This document shows, piece by piece, positions 30,180 to 40,805 of a stretch of DNA of 64,000 bases. Location: the NCBI GenBank assembly GCA_963932905.1, contig CAWVRN010000021.1:11799-75798 (forward strand). Direction: 5' to 3'. A program made the position numbers and the translations under genes. The notes beneath the pieces are model-generated. The model worked only from the letters and a program-made list of their open reading frames with translations. It had not been told where the DNA came from and ran no database searches. The number at the start of each line of letters is the position of its first letter. Position 1 is the stretch's first letter. This stretch comes from an uncultured Bdellovibrio sp. (lineage in GTDB: Bacteria > Bdellovibrionota > Bdellovibrionia > Bdellovibrionales > Bdellovibrionaceae).

Positions 30180-31550
30180 TTATACCTGAATGTTTTTCCA
30201 TTTGCCTTTTTTGAAATAGTACCAAGCCAACAGCGCTAATAAAACTTCCGAAACAGGAATAGCAATAACCGCCCCTGTTGCATTTAAGCCTGCGTATTTT
30301 GCTAGAAGGTACGCAAACGGAGTCTGGAATAACCAGAAGCATATAAAATTTAGGCGTGTCGGAGTTTTTGTATCGCCAGCCCCATTCAGTGCTTGATTCA
30401 TCACCATCGCGATACCGTAGAAAATAAAACCAGAGCCTAAGATTCTCAGAGTCTGAATTCCATGGCCTGCGACTTCGGGGTCATCAGTATATATTTTAAT
30501 AAGCGGTTCCGCCAGAAAGAAGAAGAAAAGGGTAACAAAAATCATTAAGACAACACAATATTTTGCAGTTGTGTAAACGCTTTGTTCGGCACGTTCAATT
30601 TTCTTAGCACCGATGTTCTGGCCGACAAGTGTCGCGGCTGCGTTGCTTAAGCCCCAAGCTGGCAATATAAAAAACGCAAAATTTCTAAATGCTATTTGAT
30701 AACCTGCAGACGCTGCTGTTCCACCAGTTTCTGCAACCAGCCTTGTGAGTAAGATCCAACTACCGCTGCCAATTAAAAATTGCAGCGAGGCCGGCCATGA
30801 AATTGTGAACAATGATTTCATAACTGACGTATCGATTTTAAATTGTCCCAGACTAAATTTCAGCAAACCATCACCTTTATATAAATGGTAGCATTGATAA
30901 ATGACCCCCACACTGCGACCTAAAACAGTGGCAATAGCCGCACCTTTCAAACCCCATATGTGGATTAGTATCGGGCATAAAATGATATTAGCGCCACTGG
31001 CAAGCCACAGGCTGCGCATAGCCATAGCGGCGTTTCCGGCCCCGCGAAAAATTCCATTTATAAGGAACAGTAAAAGGATCACAATATTGCCGCCAATTAA
31101 AATCTGGGCAAAAATGGATCCTTCGTTGACCACTTCAGTGCTGGCGCCCATTAGTTTCAAAATATCTGAAGCATATACAACTCCTAGAACACCCAAAACA
31201 ATTGAAGCAATTAGCGCAAGAATTATAGATTGGGCTCCGGCGTGGGCTGCAGCCGCCGGATTCTTTTCGCCAACTCTACGTGCTACAATAGCCGTCGCTC
31301 CCGTGCTCAAACCAATTGCAATACAATATATGATGCTAGCAAATGATTCGGTTAGGCCAACCGTTGCAATGGCGTTCTGACCCAATTTACTTACGAAAAA
31401 CATGTCCACTACCGCAAAGATACTTTCCATACTAAGCTCAAGAATCATTGGTATAGACAACAGGACTACGGCGTCCGAAATATTTCCTTCTGTATAGTCG
31501 TGCTCTTCACCTTTGAGGGCTTTTTTTATTTGGCTGAAAAATTTGTTCAC
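30180..31550 (-). CDS. MATE efflux transporter
   Basis: VDMFFV, RGAGN, NIILCP, GAGDTKTP; about 12 TM; GTG start after AAAGG. Confidence 0.92.
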   Translation of the reverse strand: MNKFFSQIKKALKGEEHDYTEGNISDAVVLLSIPMILELSMESIFAVVDMFFVSKLGQNAIATVGLTESFASIIYCIAIGLSTGATAIVARRVGEKNPAAAAHAGAQSIILALIASIVLGVLGVVYASDILKLMGASTEVVNEGSIFAQILIGGNIVILLLFLINGIFRGAGNAAMAMRSLWLASGANIILCPILIHIWGLKGAAIATVLGRSVGVIYQCYHLYKGDGLLKFSLGQFKIDTSVMKSLFTISWPASLQFLIGSGSWILLTRLVAETGGTAASAGYQIAFRNFAFFILPAWGLSNAAATLVGQNIGAKKIERAEQSVYTTAKYCVVLMIFVTLFFFFLAEPLIKIYTDDPEVAGHGIQTLRILGSGFIFYGIAMVMNQALNGAGDTKTPTRLNFICFWLFQTPFAYLLAKYAGLNATGAVIAIPVSEVLLALLAWYYFKKGKWKNIQV

Positions 31551-31662
31551 GCATAGACCTTTCTTGTAAATTTTCATTGTTAGATACCAGTTAGTATGCT
31601 GTCAATCAAAGTTGACCACGTCTAGTTGAACAAGTAATGATAGATACCTGGAGGAATCAGCA

Positions 31663-32001
31663 ATGTACACCCTTTATGGAATTCCTAATTGCAATACAGT
31701 AAAAAATGCTCGCGCTTATTTAGAGCAGAAAAAAGTTCAATTTGAATTTGTCGATTTTAAAAAATACACGCCAACTGAATCAGATATCAAACAATGGTCT
31801 AAAAAATTTGGTGGTCTACCAGTAAACAAGTCTGGATTAACTTACAAAAAACATAAAGAAGTGTATGAGAAACTGAGTGACTCTGCTAAAATTAAATTTA
31901 TTCAAGAAAATACATCTATGATTAAGCGGCCTATTTTAACTAACAAGACGCGTGTCCTGGCATTTGGTTTTAGCAAAGATGCGTATGCGGATGTGGTGTG
32001 A
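31663..32001 (+). CDS. ArsC/Spx (YffB-like) family protein
   Basis: YGIPNCNTVK, IKRP. Confidence 0.88.
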   Translation: MYTLYGIPNCNTVKNARAYLEQKKVQFEFVDFKKYTPTESDIKQWSKKFGGLPVNKSGLTYKKHKEVYEKLSDSAKIKFIQENTSMIKRPILTNKTRVLAFGFSKDAYADVV

Positions 32002-32750
32002 AACTAGTAATCCTAATCAGTCTTTTTTTTACATTTCAGTTTAGTTTTGCAGAAAAATCGTCGGAAAATGCGGTAAAATTTTTGATTGTGGAATCTTGGC
32101 CAGAGCCCTATGCTTTTTTTGATCAGGAAAGAAGTCTAACAGGCGGAGCGCTTAGAGAAATTATCGAAGAAATTTCTAAACGCATGGGTGTTCGTGCAGA
32201 GTATGTCTATTTTTCTAGAAATCGTGCTGATGCTGCAATCGAAAAAGGTAGCGCTGAAGTTCGTTGTTATATCAATGAAGCTTGGGCCACGAAACCAGAT
32301 TTGTATTTATTTACACAACCCATTTTCTTAACCACGAATTCCGTCATTTGGAAAAAGGGTCGCACACCTTTGACCAAAATGAGTGACCTTCATGGTAAGA
32401 CTATCGGGACCGTCTCTGGATATATATATAAAACTGTCGATGACTTGTTTAAATCTGGAAAGGCAAAGCGATCCGATTTAAATAATGAAGGAATGAACAT
32501 CACGTTGCTAATGAAGGATCGAATCAATTACGCAATTGTCGAAACAGCATCGTTTAAATCGTCTATGACCAAAAAAAATGACCATATTCTGAAAGACATT
32601 GAATTTTTCCAAATCGATTCTATACCGGTAAAATGCGGCGTTTTAAAAAAAAATATGGGTTTGTTTAAATTAGTTGATTCCGCTATCGAAAAAATGAAAC
32701 AAGACGGCACAATTAAGACTATTGCGACCAAATATAATCTAAAATACTAA
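31998..32750 (+). CDS. Periplasmic solute-binding protein (family 3-like)
   Basis: Signal peptide; WPEPY, DLHGKTIG, MKQDG. Confidence 0.8.
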   Translation: MKLVILISLFFTFQFSFAEKSSENAVKFLIVESWPEPYAFFDQERSLTGGALREIIEEISKRMGVRAEYVYFSRNRADAAIEKGSAEVRCYINEAWATKPDLYLFTQPIFLTTNSVIWKKGRTPLTKMSDLHGKTIGTVSGYIYKTVDDLFKSGKAKRSDLNNEGMNITLLMKDRINYAIVETASFKSSMTKKNDHILKDIEFFQIDSIPVKCGVLKKNMGLFKLVDSAIEKMKQDGTIKTIATKYNLKY

Positions 32751-34090
32751 GCAGCTACCGGTAAGACGTTAGAAAGCGATTTTCTAAGTCTGATTTCGAA
32801 ACGTGTATTGTGGTGTTCGGGACAATAAGTCAGCGATCCACCATGAGATTCGATAATTCCTAAAGAAATACTTAGTCCTAGTCCAGTCCCTTTTCCTAGC
32901 TCTTTAGTAGTAAAGAATGGTTGAAGCATTTTAGTGTGGATTTCTTCCGGAATACCTTTTCCTGAATCGGTTATAGTAATTAAGATATGTTCATCTTCGA
33001 TAGTACAATCAACGGTAATCCACTTTTCGTCTAAATTTTCTACCGCATCGGCGGCATTGTTGATCATGTTAATTAGTACTTGAGAGAGTTGAACTTCCCG
33101 ACCAGAAATAACGATAGAAGGATCTTCGATAAAAAAACGGATGTCGACTTTTTTGTGAACCAAATTAGCATGGCACAGATCTGAGATATCACTAAAAAAC
33201 TTATTGATAGGGAATTGAGTAATTGGTTCTTGGCTTCCATCGCGAGAAAACGCGCGTAAACCATTTACTATTTTGGTAATCCTAACAACCATTTTCGAAA
33301 TTTTGGTTAAATAGGCATCTAGTTTTTTCATATCAATTTCCATGTTAGCGGCAATGGATCTTGAAATGAGGCGAGTCGTTCCATCGATAACCGCTAGTGG
33401 ATTATTAATTTCGTGGGCGATCCCGGCAGACATTTCGCCAAGTGAAGCCAGGCGTGATGAATTTACCATAGCCATACGTTGCGAATCTAGTTGCTGAGTA
33501 CGTTCGTCGATTTCCCTCTGAAGTTCTTTAGAAACACGACGCAGATGAATTGTTAAAAAGACAAACAAACATAAGGCAGAAAAGAATAACAAAGCAGAAG
33601 CTAGCAAAAACGAAATTTGAAATATTTCTTGTTGAGCCTCTGCAGTTGAAAAAATAACTTGTATGGTTCCAATTTGAGAACTTTTATAAACAACTACTGA
33701 TTCCCAAAGCATGTAGTTGTTATCATTTTTTAATTCGTCAAATGTAGCTTCAACCCAGTTGCTACCAGTTCGGTCTAAAGTGTATTTTGGATTTTCTGGT
33801 GTGCTATCTGGTTCGAGTACGCGGATCGCTGCGATAGAATTAGATTGTTGAAGCAAAATAGAGTCAACAATTTGGCTCATTGATTTATAGTCTAAATTCC
33901 AAAATGGCTGAATAATGGCCGCTTTGATAATTTGCATTTGGTTGAAGGTATTTAATTTAATGTTTTCTTTAGCTTTGTATTGATAAAGAGCAACAAGCGA
34001 AAAATTGACCGCAATCATAATCAAAGAAAGGCAGCATACCTGAATTACGAGTGACTTAGAAAAACCTTGGAATTTTTTGAGCTCTTTCAC
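32747..34090 (-). CDS. Membrane sensor histidine kinase (NtrB-like)
   Basis: AHEINNPL, NAADA, PFFTTK, GTGLGL. Confidence 0.9.
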   Translation of the reverse strand: MKELKKFQGFSKSLVIQVCCLSLIMIAVNFSLVALYQYKAKENIKLNTFNQMQIIKAAIIQPFWNLDYKSMSQIVDSILLQQSNSIAAIRVLEPDSTPENPKYTLDRTGSNWVEATFDELKNDNNYMLWESVVVYKSSQIGTIQVIFSTAEAQQEIFQISFLLASALLFFSALCLFVFLTIHLRRVSKELQREIDERTQQLDSQRMAMVNSSRLASLGEMSAGIAHEINNPLAVIDGTTRLISRSIAANMEIDMKKLDAYLTKISKMVVRITKIVNGLRAFSRDGSQEPITQFPINKFFSDISDLCHANLVHKKVDIRFFIEDPSIVISGREVQLSQVLINMINNAADAVENLDEKWITVDCTIEDEHILITITDSGKGIPEEIHTKMLQPFFTTKELGKGTGLGLSISLGIIESHGGSLTYCPEHHNTRFEIRLRKSLSNVLPVAA

Positions 34091-34151
34091 ATATATCTAG
34101 TCGTATCATAGAGGGATATTGTTGAGTCTGGAAGTTTAAAACTCGACTAAA

Positions 34152-34691
34152 TTACTGACACGACCGCAACAGTAATTTGAAATTAAGCTGACGTAGAGTG
34201 AGGCTGGCATCCTGCTGCGTGATCGCAGATAGATTCATACGCAAATTGGTTGCCTGACCACATCGACTCCAGGCCAAAGTATTTGCCGAATCACCAATCG
34301 AGACAGCATGTTGTCCAGGTCTGTATACTTTTGAATTCTTGACGCCCGTTGTGCCGACGTAAAACGCTTCCATATTTACAGTAGCCCGTCCATTGCTGCG
34401 AACAATCGCATATCCGTCTGATTCGGTGGCTAACGTCATTTGGTAGCCAGCCGGTACTTGGATTGGTAGCGCCAGAGAACATGCTTTGCGATCCAGAGTT
34501 TTGTTGGCGCCAGATCCACTGCGGACCACGAATTTAGTGTAGTTAAGCACCAAGTTTTTCTGATTTCGATCAAACGAGTACTTTAAGCTGCCTTTTGGAC
34601 AACCGGTTCCACCATACGTTAAACCACCAATAGTTTGTGCGTGAAGTGACAATGACAGGACAGATAAAGCTAAAAGTATAACTGATTTCAT
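34152..34691 (-). CDS. Secreted DUF4360-like protein
   Basis: Signal peptide; YGGTGCP, RKAC, WSRC cysteine pattern. Confidence 0.75.
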   Translation of the reverse strand: MKSVILLALSVLSLSLHAQTIGGLTYGGTGCPKGSLKYSFDRNQKNLVLNYTKFVVRSGSGANKTLDRKACSLALPIQVPAGYQMTLATESDGYAIVRSNGRATVNMEAFYVGTTGVKNSKVYRPGQHAVSIGDSANTLAWSRCGQATNLRMNLSAITQQDASLTLRQLNFKLLLRSCQ

Positions 34692-34828
34692 TTCGGCCCC
34701 CTTATAAGAAGAATCATTCTTCTTAACCAGGGTTTATTCCTTGAATATAAATAAAACAATAATTTTCATGAAGGTATGCTTCAAGACACCCATAAGAAAG
34801 CGATCTGTAGCGAATTTCCCTAACCGAT

Positions 34829-35137
34829 TTAGAGTAATTCTATTCCCAAAATTTTTTTACAAGAGTCCATTTGTTTATTAATTTCATCTATTGATTTACG
34901 TAGTTGGCGTAGATCGCGTTCATCGAGTTCAGTCTCTAGGGCCGCTTTTACCATGGGAAGCTTTTTTAGCCATTGACCTTGTCTGGTTGCATAGGTTTCA
35001 GGAATTCCAGAGCGCAGGGCTGCTTGTTTTGCATTGCCGTCATCTAAAAATTCTACAATGAATTTCAGAGTTTCTAGCGTCAGGATATTTCGATGCGCCT
35101 TTAGCCGTGAAGAAAATCCCATCTGGCGAATCCTCAT
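34829..35137 (-). CDS. Terminase small subunit-like HTH protein (orphan)
   Basis: FIVEFLDDGNAKQAALRSG...GQWL resembles the TerS N-terminus (FxxEYxxDxNATQAAxxAG); AAGGAG SD. Confidence 0.55.
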   Translation of the reverse strand: MRIRQMGFSSRLKAHRNILTLETLKFIVEFLDDGNAKQAALRSGIPETYATRQGQWLKKLPMVKAALETELDERDLRQLRKSIDEINKQMDSCKKILGIELL

Positions 35138-35211
35138 AGTGTCTCCTTTTCGTAAAGCTTGCAGATCTAGACTATCGCAAATATAATCGAAATCTAAAGG
35201 ACAAAATCATC

Positions 35212-36333
35212 ATGAGCTCATTTTCCAGTTTCAAATTGTTGCCCAGTTTAGTAGCGACTCTAAAAGAAAAAAACTTTTCAACACCGACAGAAATTCAAAA
35301 CAAGGCGATACCTTTGATTATCGAAGGCAAATCTGTGGTGGGTGTTTCGGAAACTGGCAGCGGTAAGACTTTGGCGTATGCATTGCCACTGCTTCATATG
35401 CTGAAAACGCTTGAAAATAGCGGTGATGCGGTCGAAGTAGATTCACAGCCACGTGCTGCTGTTATTGTTCCGACCCGGGAACTCGGTGAGCAAGTGTCCA
35501 AAGTTTTTAAGCCATTCACACATACCACCCGACTGCGCGTTCGCACGGTTCTGGGGGGAACAGCGTTAGATGTTGCTAAACGCAATGTGAATGGGCCATT
35601 TGAAATTTTAGTGGCGACGCCGGGGCGGCTGGTTCAATTGATCGAACGCGATTTGGTGAAAATGGGCGACATTCGCACACTTATTTTCGACGAAGCTGAC
35701 CAAATGTTAGACCAAAGTTTTTTATCTGAGGCTATGGCGATTGAAGATCATTGCCCTAAGAATTGTCAAAAGGGATTGTTTTCGGCGACGGTGTCATCCG
35801 TGGTGCAGGAATTGATTAACAAGCTTTTCTCGGGAGCCCAAGTTATTCGCAGTTCTGGCAGCCAAAAATTAGTTCCTACGTTGAAGACAATTAATAAAAC
35901 GGTAGTGGATGGAAAGCGTTTTCCATTGATGCAGAAGTTACTGTCAGAAAAAGTAAAAGGTGGAACATTGGTTTTCACGAATACTCGTCAGCAATGCGAT
36001 ACGCTAGCTCAGCTATTAAAGGACAAAGGCATCAAGTGTCTTATCTATCGCGGTGAAATGGATAAAATTGAACGTCGATCAAACTTAAAAGCCTTTCGTG
36101 ACGGCAAAGTGGATTTGTTGATAGCCACCGACTTGGGTTCACGTGGACTGGATATCGAACATGTTGATCGCGTGATTAACTATCATTTGCCAAAAGAAAT
36201 GGAGAATTATTTACATCGTGCTGGCCGCACGGCGCGTGCCGGACGTAGTGGCGTTGTTATTAATTTTGTGACCGAACGTGATGAGTCGTTAATTAAGAAA
36301 TTAGAAACTGTAAAATCGAACCCAAAAAAATAA
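35212..36333 (+). CDS. DEAD-box RNA helicase (minimal core)
   Basis: TGSGKT, PTREL, TPGR, DEAD, SAT, RGLD, HRAGRTAR. Confidence 0.95.
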   Translation: MSSFSSFKLLPSLVATLKEKNFSTPTEIQNKAIPLIIEGKSVVGVSETGSGKTLAYALPLLHMLKTLENSGDAVEVDSQPRAAVIVPTRELGEQVSKVFKPFTHTTRLRVRTVLGGTALDVAKRNVNGPFEILVATPGRLVQLIERDLVKMGDIRTLIFDEADQMLDQSFLSEAMAIEDHCPKNCQKGLFSATVSSVVQELINKLFSGAQVIRSSGSQKLVPTLKTINKTVVDGKRFPLMQKLLSEKVKGGTLVFTNTRQQCDTLAQLLKDKGIKCLIYRGEMDKIERRSNLKAFRDGKVDLLIATDLGSRGLDIEHVDRVINYHLPKEMENYLHRAGRTARAGRSGVVINFVTERDESLIKKLETVKSNPKK

Positions 36334-37329
36334 TTAGAGTTGAATCGCGGCTGCTTCAGAATTTTTTGTTGCGGTCGATGATGATATAGTTGTCGATTTA
36401 AAACGTTCGATGTATTGGCATCGCTGACAAAGACCTTCAAGAAGTTTCTTGTTTTTAAAACCGTCCAATATTGCTTGTGCGCGAGGACTATCCAAGATTT
36501 CCAGCAATGGTTGCTCTTCAACAGAGCCCAGCGTAATTGAGGCCTCTTTATCCAAACAGCAAGGAACGACGCGACCATCAGCCAATATACCAAAATGCGA
36601 AGATAATCCGTAACAACGACCGATTGTACCCAGAACAGGCAAATCCATCGAAGGCCAAATAAATTCGGTATCGAAATGTAAATAGAGACGATTTTTTAGG
36701 TGAACACTTTTTTTCTGACGAACATCGACTTCGGATTTAACATTAACCTCAAAATGATCCTCAATTCGTTTTAGCATATCCAGATTCTTGTTCGAGGTGC
36801 CGCGCACATCCTGCAGATTCCATAAACGATAGTTAATATACAAATCAGGTCGTTCGTTCATTGCGCGATCCGTGTATTGAAAAATACGTTTTAAATAGTC
36901 TGCTGGATCGCGGTCAGGGAAATTGTCAGGAAAACTATGTAACGAGAAATTCACTTGGCGAAATGCAGGATTCAAAAGCAATTCGGTTTGTTTTTCCCGC
37001 ATCAAAAGGCCATTTGTGACAAAGAATATTTTAACGTCGAATTCCTGGCAGATCGCTACCATTTCTTCTAATTTTGGATGAACTAAAGGATCACCCATCA
37101 AATGAAAGCAAACTTGATCTGTTAAAGGTGCTACTTGCTGAATAATTTTACGAAACAAATCTAACGACATTAGTTTTTTAGTGCGAATGACTTCTGGGCA
37201 AAAGCTGCATTGTAAATTGCAGATGTTGCTAATTTCGATATTAACTTTTGTAAATCGTTTAGGTGCCCTTGAATCCACAGGCCATACATACCTTATCCCG
37301 CGTGGGATTGGAAATAACTTATTTTCCAC
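36334..37329 (-). CDS. Radical SAM protein with SPASM/twitch domain
   Basis: CNLQCSFC; C-terminal CYG...PCC...CQRC. Confidence 0.9.
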   Translation of the reverse strand: MENKLFPIPRGIRYVWPVDSRAPKRFTKVNIEISNICNLQCSFCPEVIRTKKLMSLDLFRKIIQQVAPLTDQVCFHLMGDPLVHPKLEEMVAICQEFDVKIFFVTNGLLMREKQTELLLNPAFRQVNFSLHSFPDNFPDRDPADYLKRIFQYTDRAMNERPDLYINYRLWNLQDVRGTSNKNLDMLKRIEDHFEVNVKSEVDVRQKKSVHLKNRLYLHFDTEFIWPSMDLPVLGTIGRCYGLSSHFGILADGRVVPCCLDKEASITLGSVEEQPLLEILDSPRAQAILDGFKNKKLLEGLCQRCQYIERFKSTTISSSTATKNSEAAAIQL

Positions 37330-37748
37330 ACATTTTCACCTACCCGGAAGAATCGCACCTCAAAAAGAATCAACCCCTGGCCGGGTTTTCCTCTAATGGT
37401 GTAGTCGATCGAGATTTTGTCTTCGTCGATCTTACGGCTAGCTAGCCAACGACGAAGTCGATTTCCATAGGTCTGACCGCTGCGAACATAGTTAATCTGT
37501 TTAGATTCGATTTGGTCATGCCTCATTGGGAACTGAATAGCCGCTCGTTCTGAAAACGCGGCCAGGTTTGTACCGACAGCCTTTGTTTTTAATGTCATTT
37601 CAAAGGCTGATTGGGTATCGCCATTTTGTAAAAAAGTAATGAATTGGTCCGCTTGCTTAATAACTCGAGCCGGTCGATATTCTTGTTTTAGGAACCAGTA
37701 CAGAATTCCGCAACTAAATGCTGCAATGATAGCCATGGTTAGTTTCAT
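37293..37748 (-). CDS. Hypothetical protein with N-terminal membrane anchor
   Basis: 151-aa ORF overlapping the radical SAM start. Confidence 0.6.
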   Translation of the reverse strand: MKLTMAIIAAFSCGILYWFLKQEYRPARVIKQADQFITFLQNGDTQSAFEMTLKTKAVGTNLAAFSERAAIQFPMRHDQIESKQINYVRSGQTYGNRLRRWLASRKIDEDKISIDYTIRGKPGQGLILFEVRFFRVGENVWKISYFQSHAG

Positions 37749-37812
37749 AGATTCTACTTTGTAAAACTAGTGATGACTTGTCACTTGAATTTTATGATGT
37801 CACTATGGGGTC

Positions 37813-38343
37813 ATGCTCTATCACTTTCAACTCGATTTATCTGATATCGATCAAGGCGTATACGAAACTTTGGATTTCAGATTGTATCAACATCCTTCAG
37901 AAATTCCGGCGTATTTGTTAACTCGTGCGTTGGCCTATGCACTTAGCTATGCACCAGGATTGGAATTTTCGGCCGAAGGCTTAAGTGATCCAGAAGCGCC
38001 AGCAATGCGGTCGCTTGGTAATCATGGTGCGGTTGATTTGTGGATCGAGATTGGCAATCCTTCAGTTAAAAAGCTTCACAAAGCTGGCAAGACAGCCCGT
38101 CAGGTAGTTGTATATACGTATAAAAGTGCCGATGTTTTAATGGACGATATCAAGAAAAACAATGTTCATCGTGCAGAAGAAATTGATATTAATGCTTTGG
38201 ATATGAAGTTTTTAAGTCAGCTTGAAGGTAAGCTAAAATCAAATAATAAGTGGTCCGTGCTACTACAACAAGGTCATGTAGATATAGGAATAGGCCTCGA
38301 TACCGTATCGACAGAAATTCGCAAATATAGAATTACTAAGTAA
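37813..38343 (+). CDS. yaeQ: YaeQ family protein
   Basis: LSDID, QHPSE, GLSDPEAP, WIEIGNP. Confidence 0.85.
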   Translation: MLYHFQLDLSDIDQGVYETLDFRLYQHPSEIPAYLLTRALAYALSYAPGLEFSAEGLSDPEAPAMRSLGNHGAVDLWIEIGNPSVKKLHKAGKTARQVVVYTYKSADVLMDDIKKNNVHRAEEIDINALDMKFLSQLEGKLKSNNKWSVLLQQGHVDIGIGLDTVSTEIRKYRITK

Positions 38344-38992
38344 TCAGCTGATAAATCACGGCAAAGTGCAGGATGGCACCGATAATCGTGAACAGATGAA
38401 ACAATTCATGGTAGCCAAAAACCTGAGGCGCCATGCGAGGTCGTTTCGTTGCGTAGAACAATGAACCTATGGTGTATACAATTCCACCCGCAACTACTAG
38501 TGAAACTTTGACCGTTCCTAGAGCTTTTCCCAACTCAGAAATATAGGGAAGCGCAATCCATCCCATAACTACGTAAAATATTGCCGTTACAAATTTGGGT
38601 GCTTTCACCCAAAAGATAGATTGCAGAATTCCAGCGGCCGCAGCGGCCCAAATAACTTTAAGTAAGAAAATACCGTCAGGTTCACTTAACGCTAACAAGC
38701 ATATGGGCGTAAATGTTCCTGCAATTTGAATAAAAATAGCCGAATGATCTAAGCGTTTCATAAACGCACGTGGTTTAGGCTGCCAGTGAACGCGATGATA
38801 AATCGTGCTTACGCCCAACATAAGCAATAATCCTAGTGAATACACTATGGCAGCGACCAGCGTAATAGATTGCGAACTTTTTGCGATAAGCAAAGTACAA
38901 GCGCCAAGGGCGATAAAAAAGGCTTCTTGGTGTAAATAGCCGCGTAATAGAGGTTTTTGCAAAGGAGTTTGTGAGGACGTTGAGTTTGACAT
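38336..38992 (-). CDS. Hemolysin III/PAQR (TrhA-like) membrane protein
   Basis: STIYH, RLDHSAIF..IAGT.TP, GYHELFH. Confidence 0.9.
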   Translation of the reverse strand: MSNSTSSQTPLQKPLLRGYLHQEAFFIALGACTLLIAKSSQSITLVAAIVYSLGLLLMLGVSTIYHRVHWQPKPRAFMKRLDHSAIFIQIAGTFTPICLLALSEPDGIFLLKVIWAAAAAGILQSIFWVKAPKFVTAIFYVVMGWIALPYISELGKALGTVKVSLVVAGGIVYTIGSLFYATKRPRMAPQVFGYHELFHLFTIIGAILHFAVIYQLIT

Positions 38993-39037
38993 GCACGAAC
39001 TATAGCGTTCAAATCCTACTAAAGTAAAAGAATAAAT

Positions 39038-39589
39038 ATGGAAAAAATTAAGAGCTATAACTTTAAAAACAAACGAAATGAATCCGTGGTTATTAGAACC
39101 GCCGATGTTTTTGATGCTAGGCAAATCTTAGAACTTTCGAAAACGGTTGTGGCCGAAGACATCTATCAATTACTAACTCTTAAGGAATTAGACATTACGG
39201 TCACTAGCGAAGAAAATTGGATCGTATCTCACCGTGACCATCCTAATCGGATTATCTTAGTGGCTGAAATTGACGACGAAATTGTCGGCCTGTTGGATTT
39301 CTCAAATGGTAATAGGAACCGCACGGCTCATATCGGTGAATTCGGAATGTCGATGGCCAAAGCGTTTCGTGGCCAGGGGATTGGCACACGGCTGCTTCAA
39401 TCCTTAGTTGATTGGGCTCAGGAAAATAAAACGATCGAGAAAATAAACTTAACAGTTCACAGTGACAACCAACGAGCAAGAGCATTGTATGAGCGTATGG
39501 GTTTTATTGTCGAAGGTATTAAAAAAAATGAAATTAAATATGAGGACGGTCACTACGTGGATGCCGTTCTTATGGGACGGTTTGTTTAA
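39038..39589 (+). CDS. GNAT N-acetyltransferase
   Basis: FRGQGIG motif A; NQRARALYERMGF. Confidence 0.9.
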   Translation: MEKIKSYNFKNKRNESVVIRTADVFDARQILELSKTVVAEDIYQLLTLKELDITVTSEENWIVSHRDHPNRIILVAEIDDEIVGLLDFSNGNRNRTAHIGEFGMSMAKAFRGQGIGTRLLQSLVDWAQENKTIEKINLTVHSDNQRARALYERMGFIVEGIKKNEIKYEDGHYVDAVLMGRFV

Positions 39590-39874
39590 ATGAAAATTCC
39601 AGAAAAGCAAGTGACGCTTAAAAATGGTATGACTGTGACAATCAAGTCAGTAAAAGCAGACGATGCCGATTTGATGTTGCGGCATCTACAAATCAGTCAT
39701 CGTGAATCTTATAAAAATTTGAATCAATCTGCTGATTTTTGGACTAAGTTTTCGATCGAGGAAGAAAAAAGAATTTTGGGTGAATTTGAAAGCGGCAGAA
39801 ATAAATTTATGTTGTCTGTTTGGTTAGATGGCAAGTACGTTGATGAATATTCGTATCAACTTATTCTAAAATAG
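39590..39874 (+). pseudogene. GNAT paralogue lacking its central acetyl-CoA-binding region
   Basis: N-terminus and C-terminal DGKYVD parallel the upstream GNAT; motifs A and B are absent. Confidence 0.7.
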
Positions 39875-39878
39875 TTCT

Positions 39879-40588
39879 ATGAAGTTATTCATTTTTATAT
39901 CTCTAATTTTTAATCTGGCAAACGCAGCAAAAGAAATCAGTATTACAATGGATGATCCTAAAGTGAAAGAATCGCCGCTAATGACAGCGAGCGAACGTAA
40001 TCAGAAAATATTAGCTGCTTTAGACGCACATAAAGTCAAAGCTGCTTTGTTTGTTTGCGGAATGCGGATCGACAATCCTGAGGGTAAGGTTCTTCTTAAA
40101 ACTTGGGATGACAAAGGACACTTGATTGCCAATCATTCGTATTCACACCTGTATTTTCCGGGAAAGAAAAATACACTTGATGTTTTCAAAGATGATTTTA
40201 AAAAAGTAGAGCCATTTATTTTAGGTTTAAAAAACTTTACTCGTCTATTTCGATTTCCTTATTTAAAAGAGGGCGACACAAAAGAAAAGCGCGATGGTAT
40301 GCGCGCTTTTGTAAAATCAAGCATACCTTACTTGTTCACCATAGTTTGCTAAATGCTTTGTTTCTAGGTGATGTGATTTCTGCGCTTAAAAAGGATGGCT
40401 GGAAAATCATTGCGGCCAAAGAAGCTTACAGCGATCCTGTGTATCAAACAGAACCAGATGTTCTGCCGGCGGGCGAAAGTATAGTGTGGGCGACCGCTAA
40501 ACATCAGAATAAATACTCTGAACTCCTGCGCTATCCTGCTGAAGACGCCATGTACGAGAAAGAAAAAATGGATAAGCTGGGCTTATAA
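39879..40588 (+). pseudogene. Polysaccharide deacetylase, internally deleted and frameshifted
   Basis: TMDD, NHSYSH, FRFPY in one frame; KHTLLVHH...LNALFL continues in another frame from ~40312; the VTxD..DW segment is missing. Confidence 0.8.
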
Positions 40589-40644
40589 GTCCATAAAAAT
40601 TATTTAGTAACGTTTCAGTGCGCTTGTACGATATGATGTAAGCA

Positions 40645-40704
40645 ATGAAGGCATTCGTCTTTTCTTTTATCTCTAAGTTTTTGCTAACCACCCCGCGCGG
40701 GTAA
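40645..40704 (+). CDS. Putative thrS leader peptide MKAFVFSFISKFLLTTPRG
   Basis: 19-codon ORF with ACC ACC at 40687-40692; TATGAT 7 nt upstream; hairpin at 40717-40737. Confidence 0.5.
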   Translation: MKAFVFSFISKFLLTTPRG

Positions 40705-40805
40705 TATATTTCTTTCGCGTTACCTTATAGGTAGCGCACTCACGACAGTTGTTCGCATTTTTATAAAAACTAGCATTTAAAATTTAAAAACTTATGGAGA
40801 TATTT

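Noticed and set aside
34829..35137. Prophage
   Set aside because: Only one phage-like gene; flanks are ordinary chromosomal genes
36334..37748. Radical SAM/SPASM RiPP locus
   Set aside because: No adjacent precursor peptide, PqqD/RRE domain, peptidase or transporter
40590..40805. T-box riboswitch upstream of thrS
   Set aside because: No T-box consensus (AGGTGGTACC-like) or terminator; the leader-peptide model fits better
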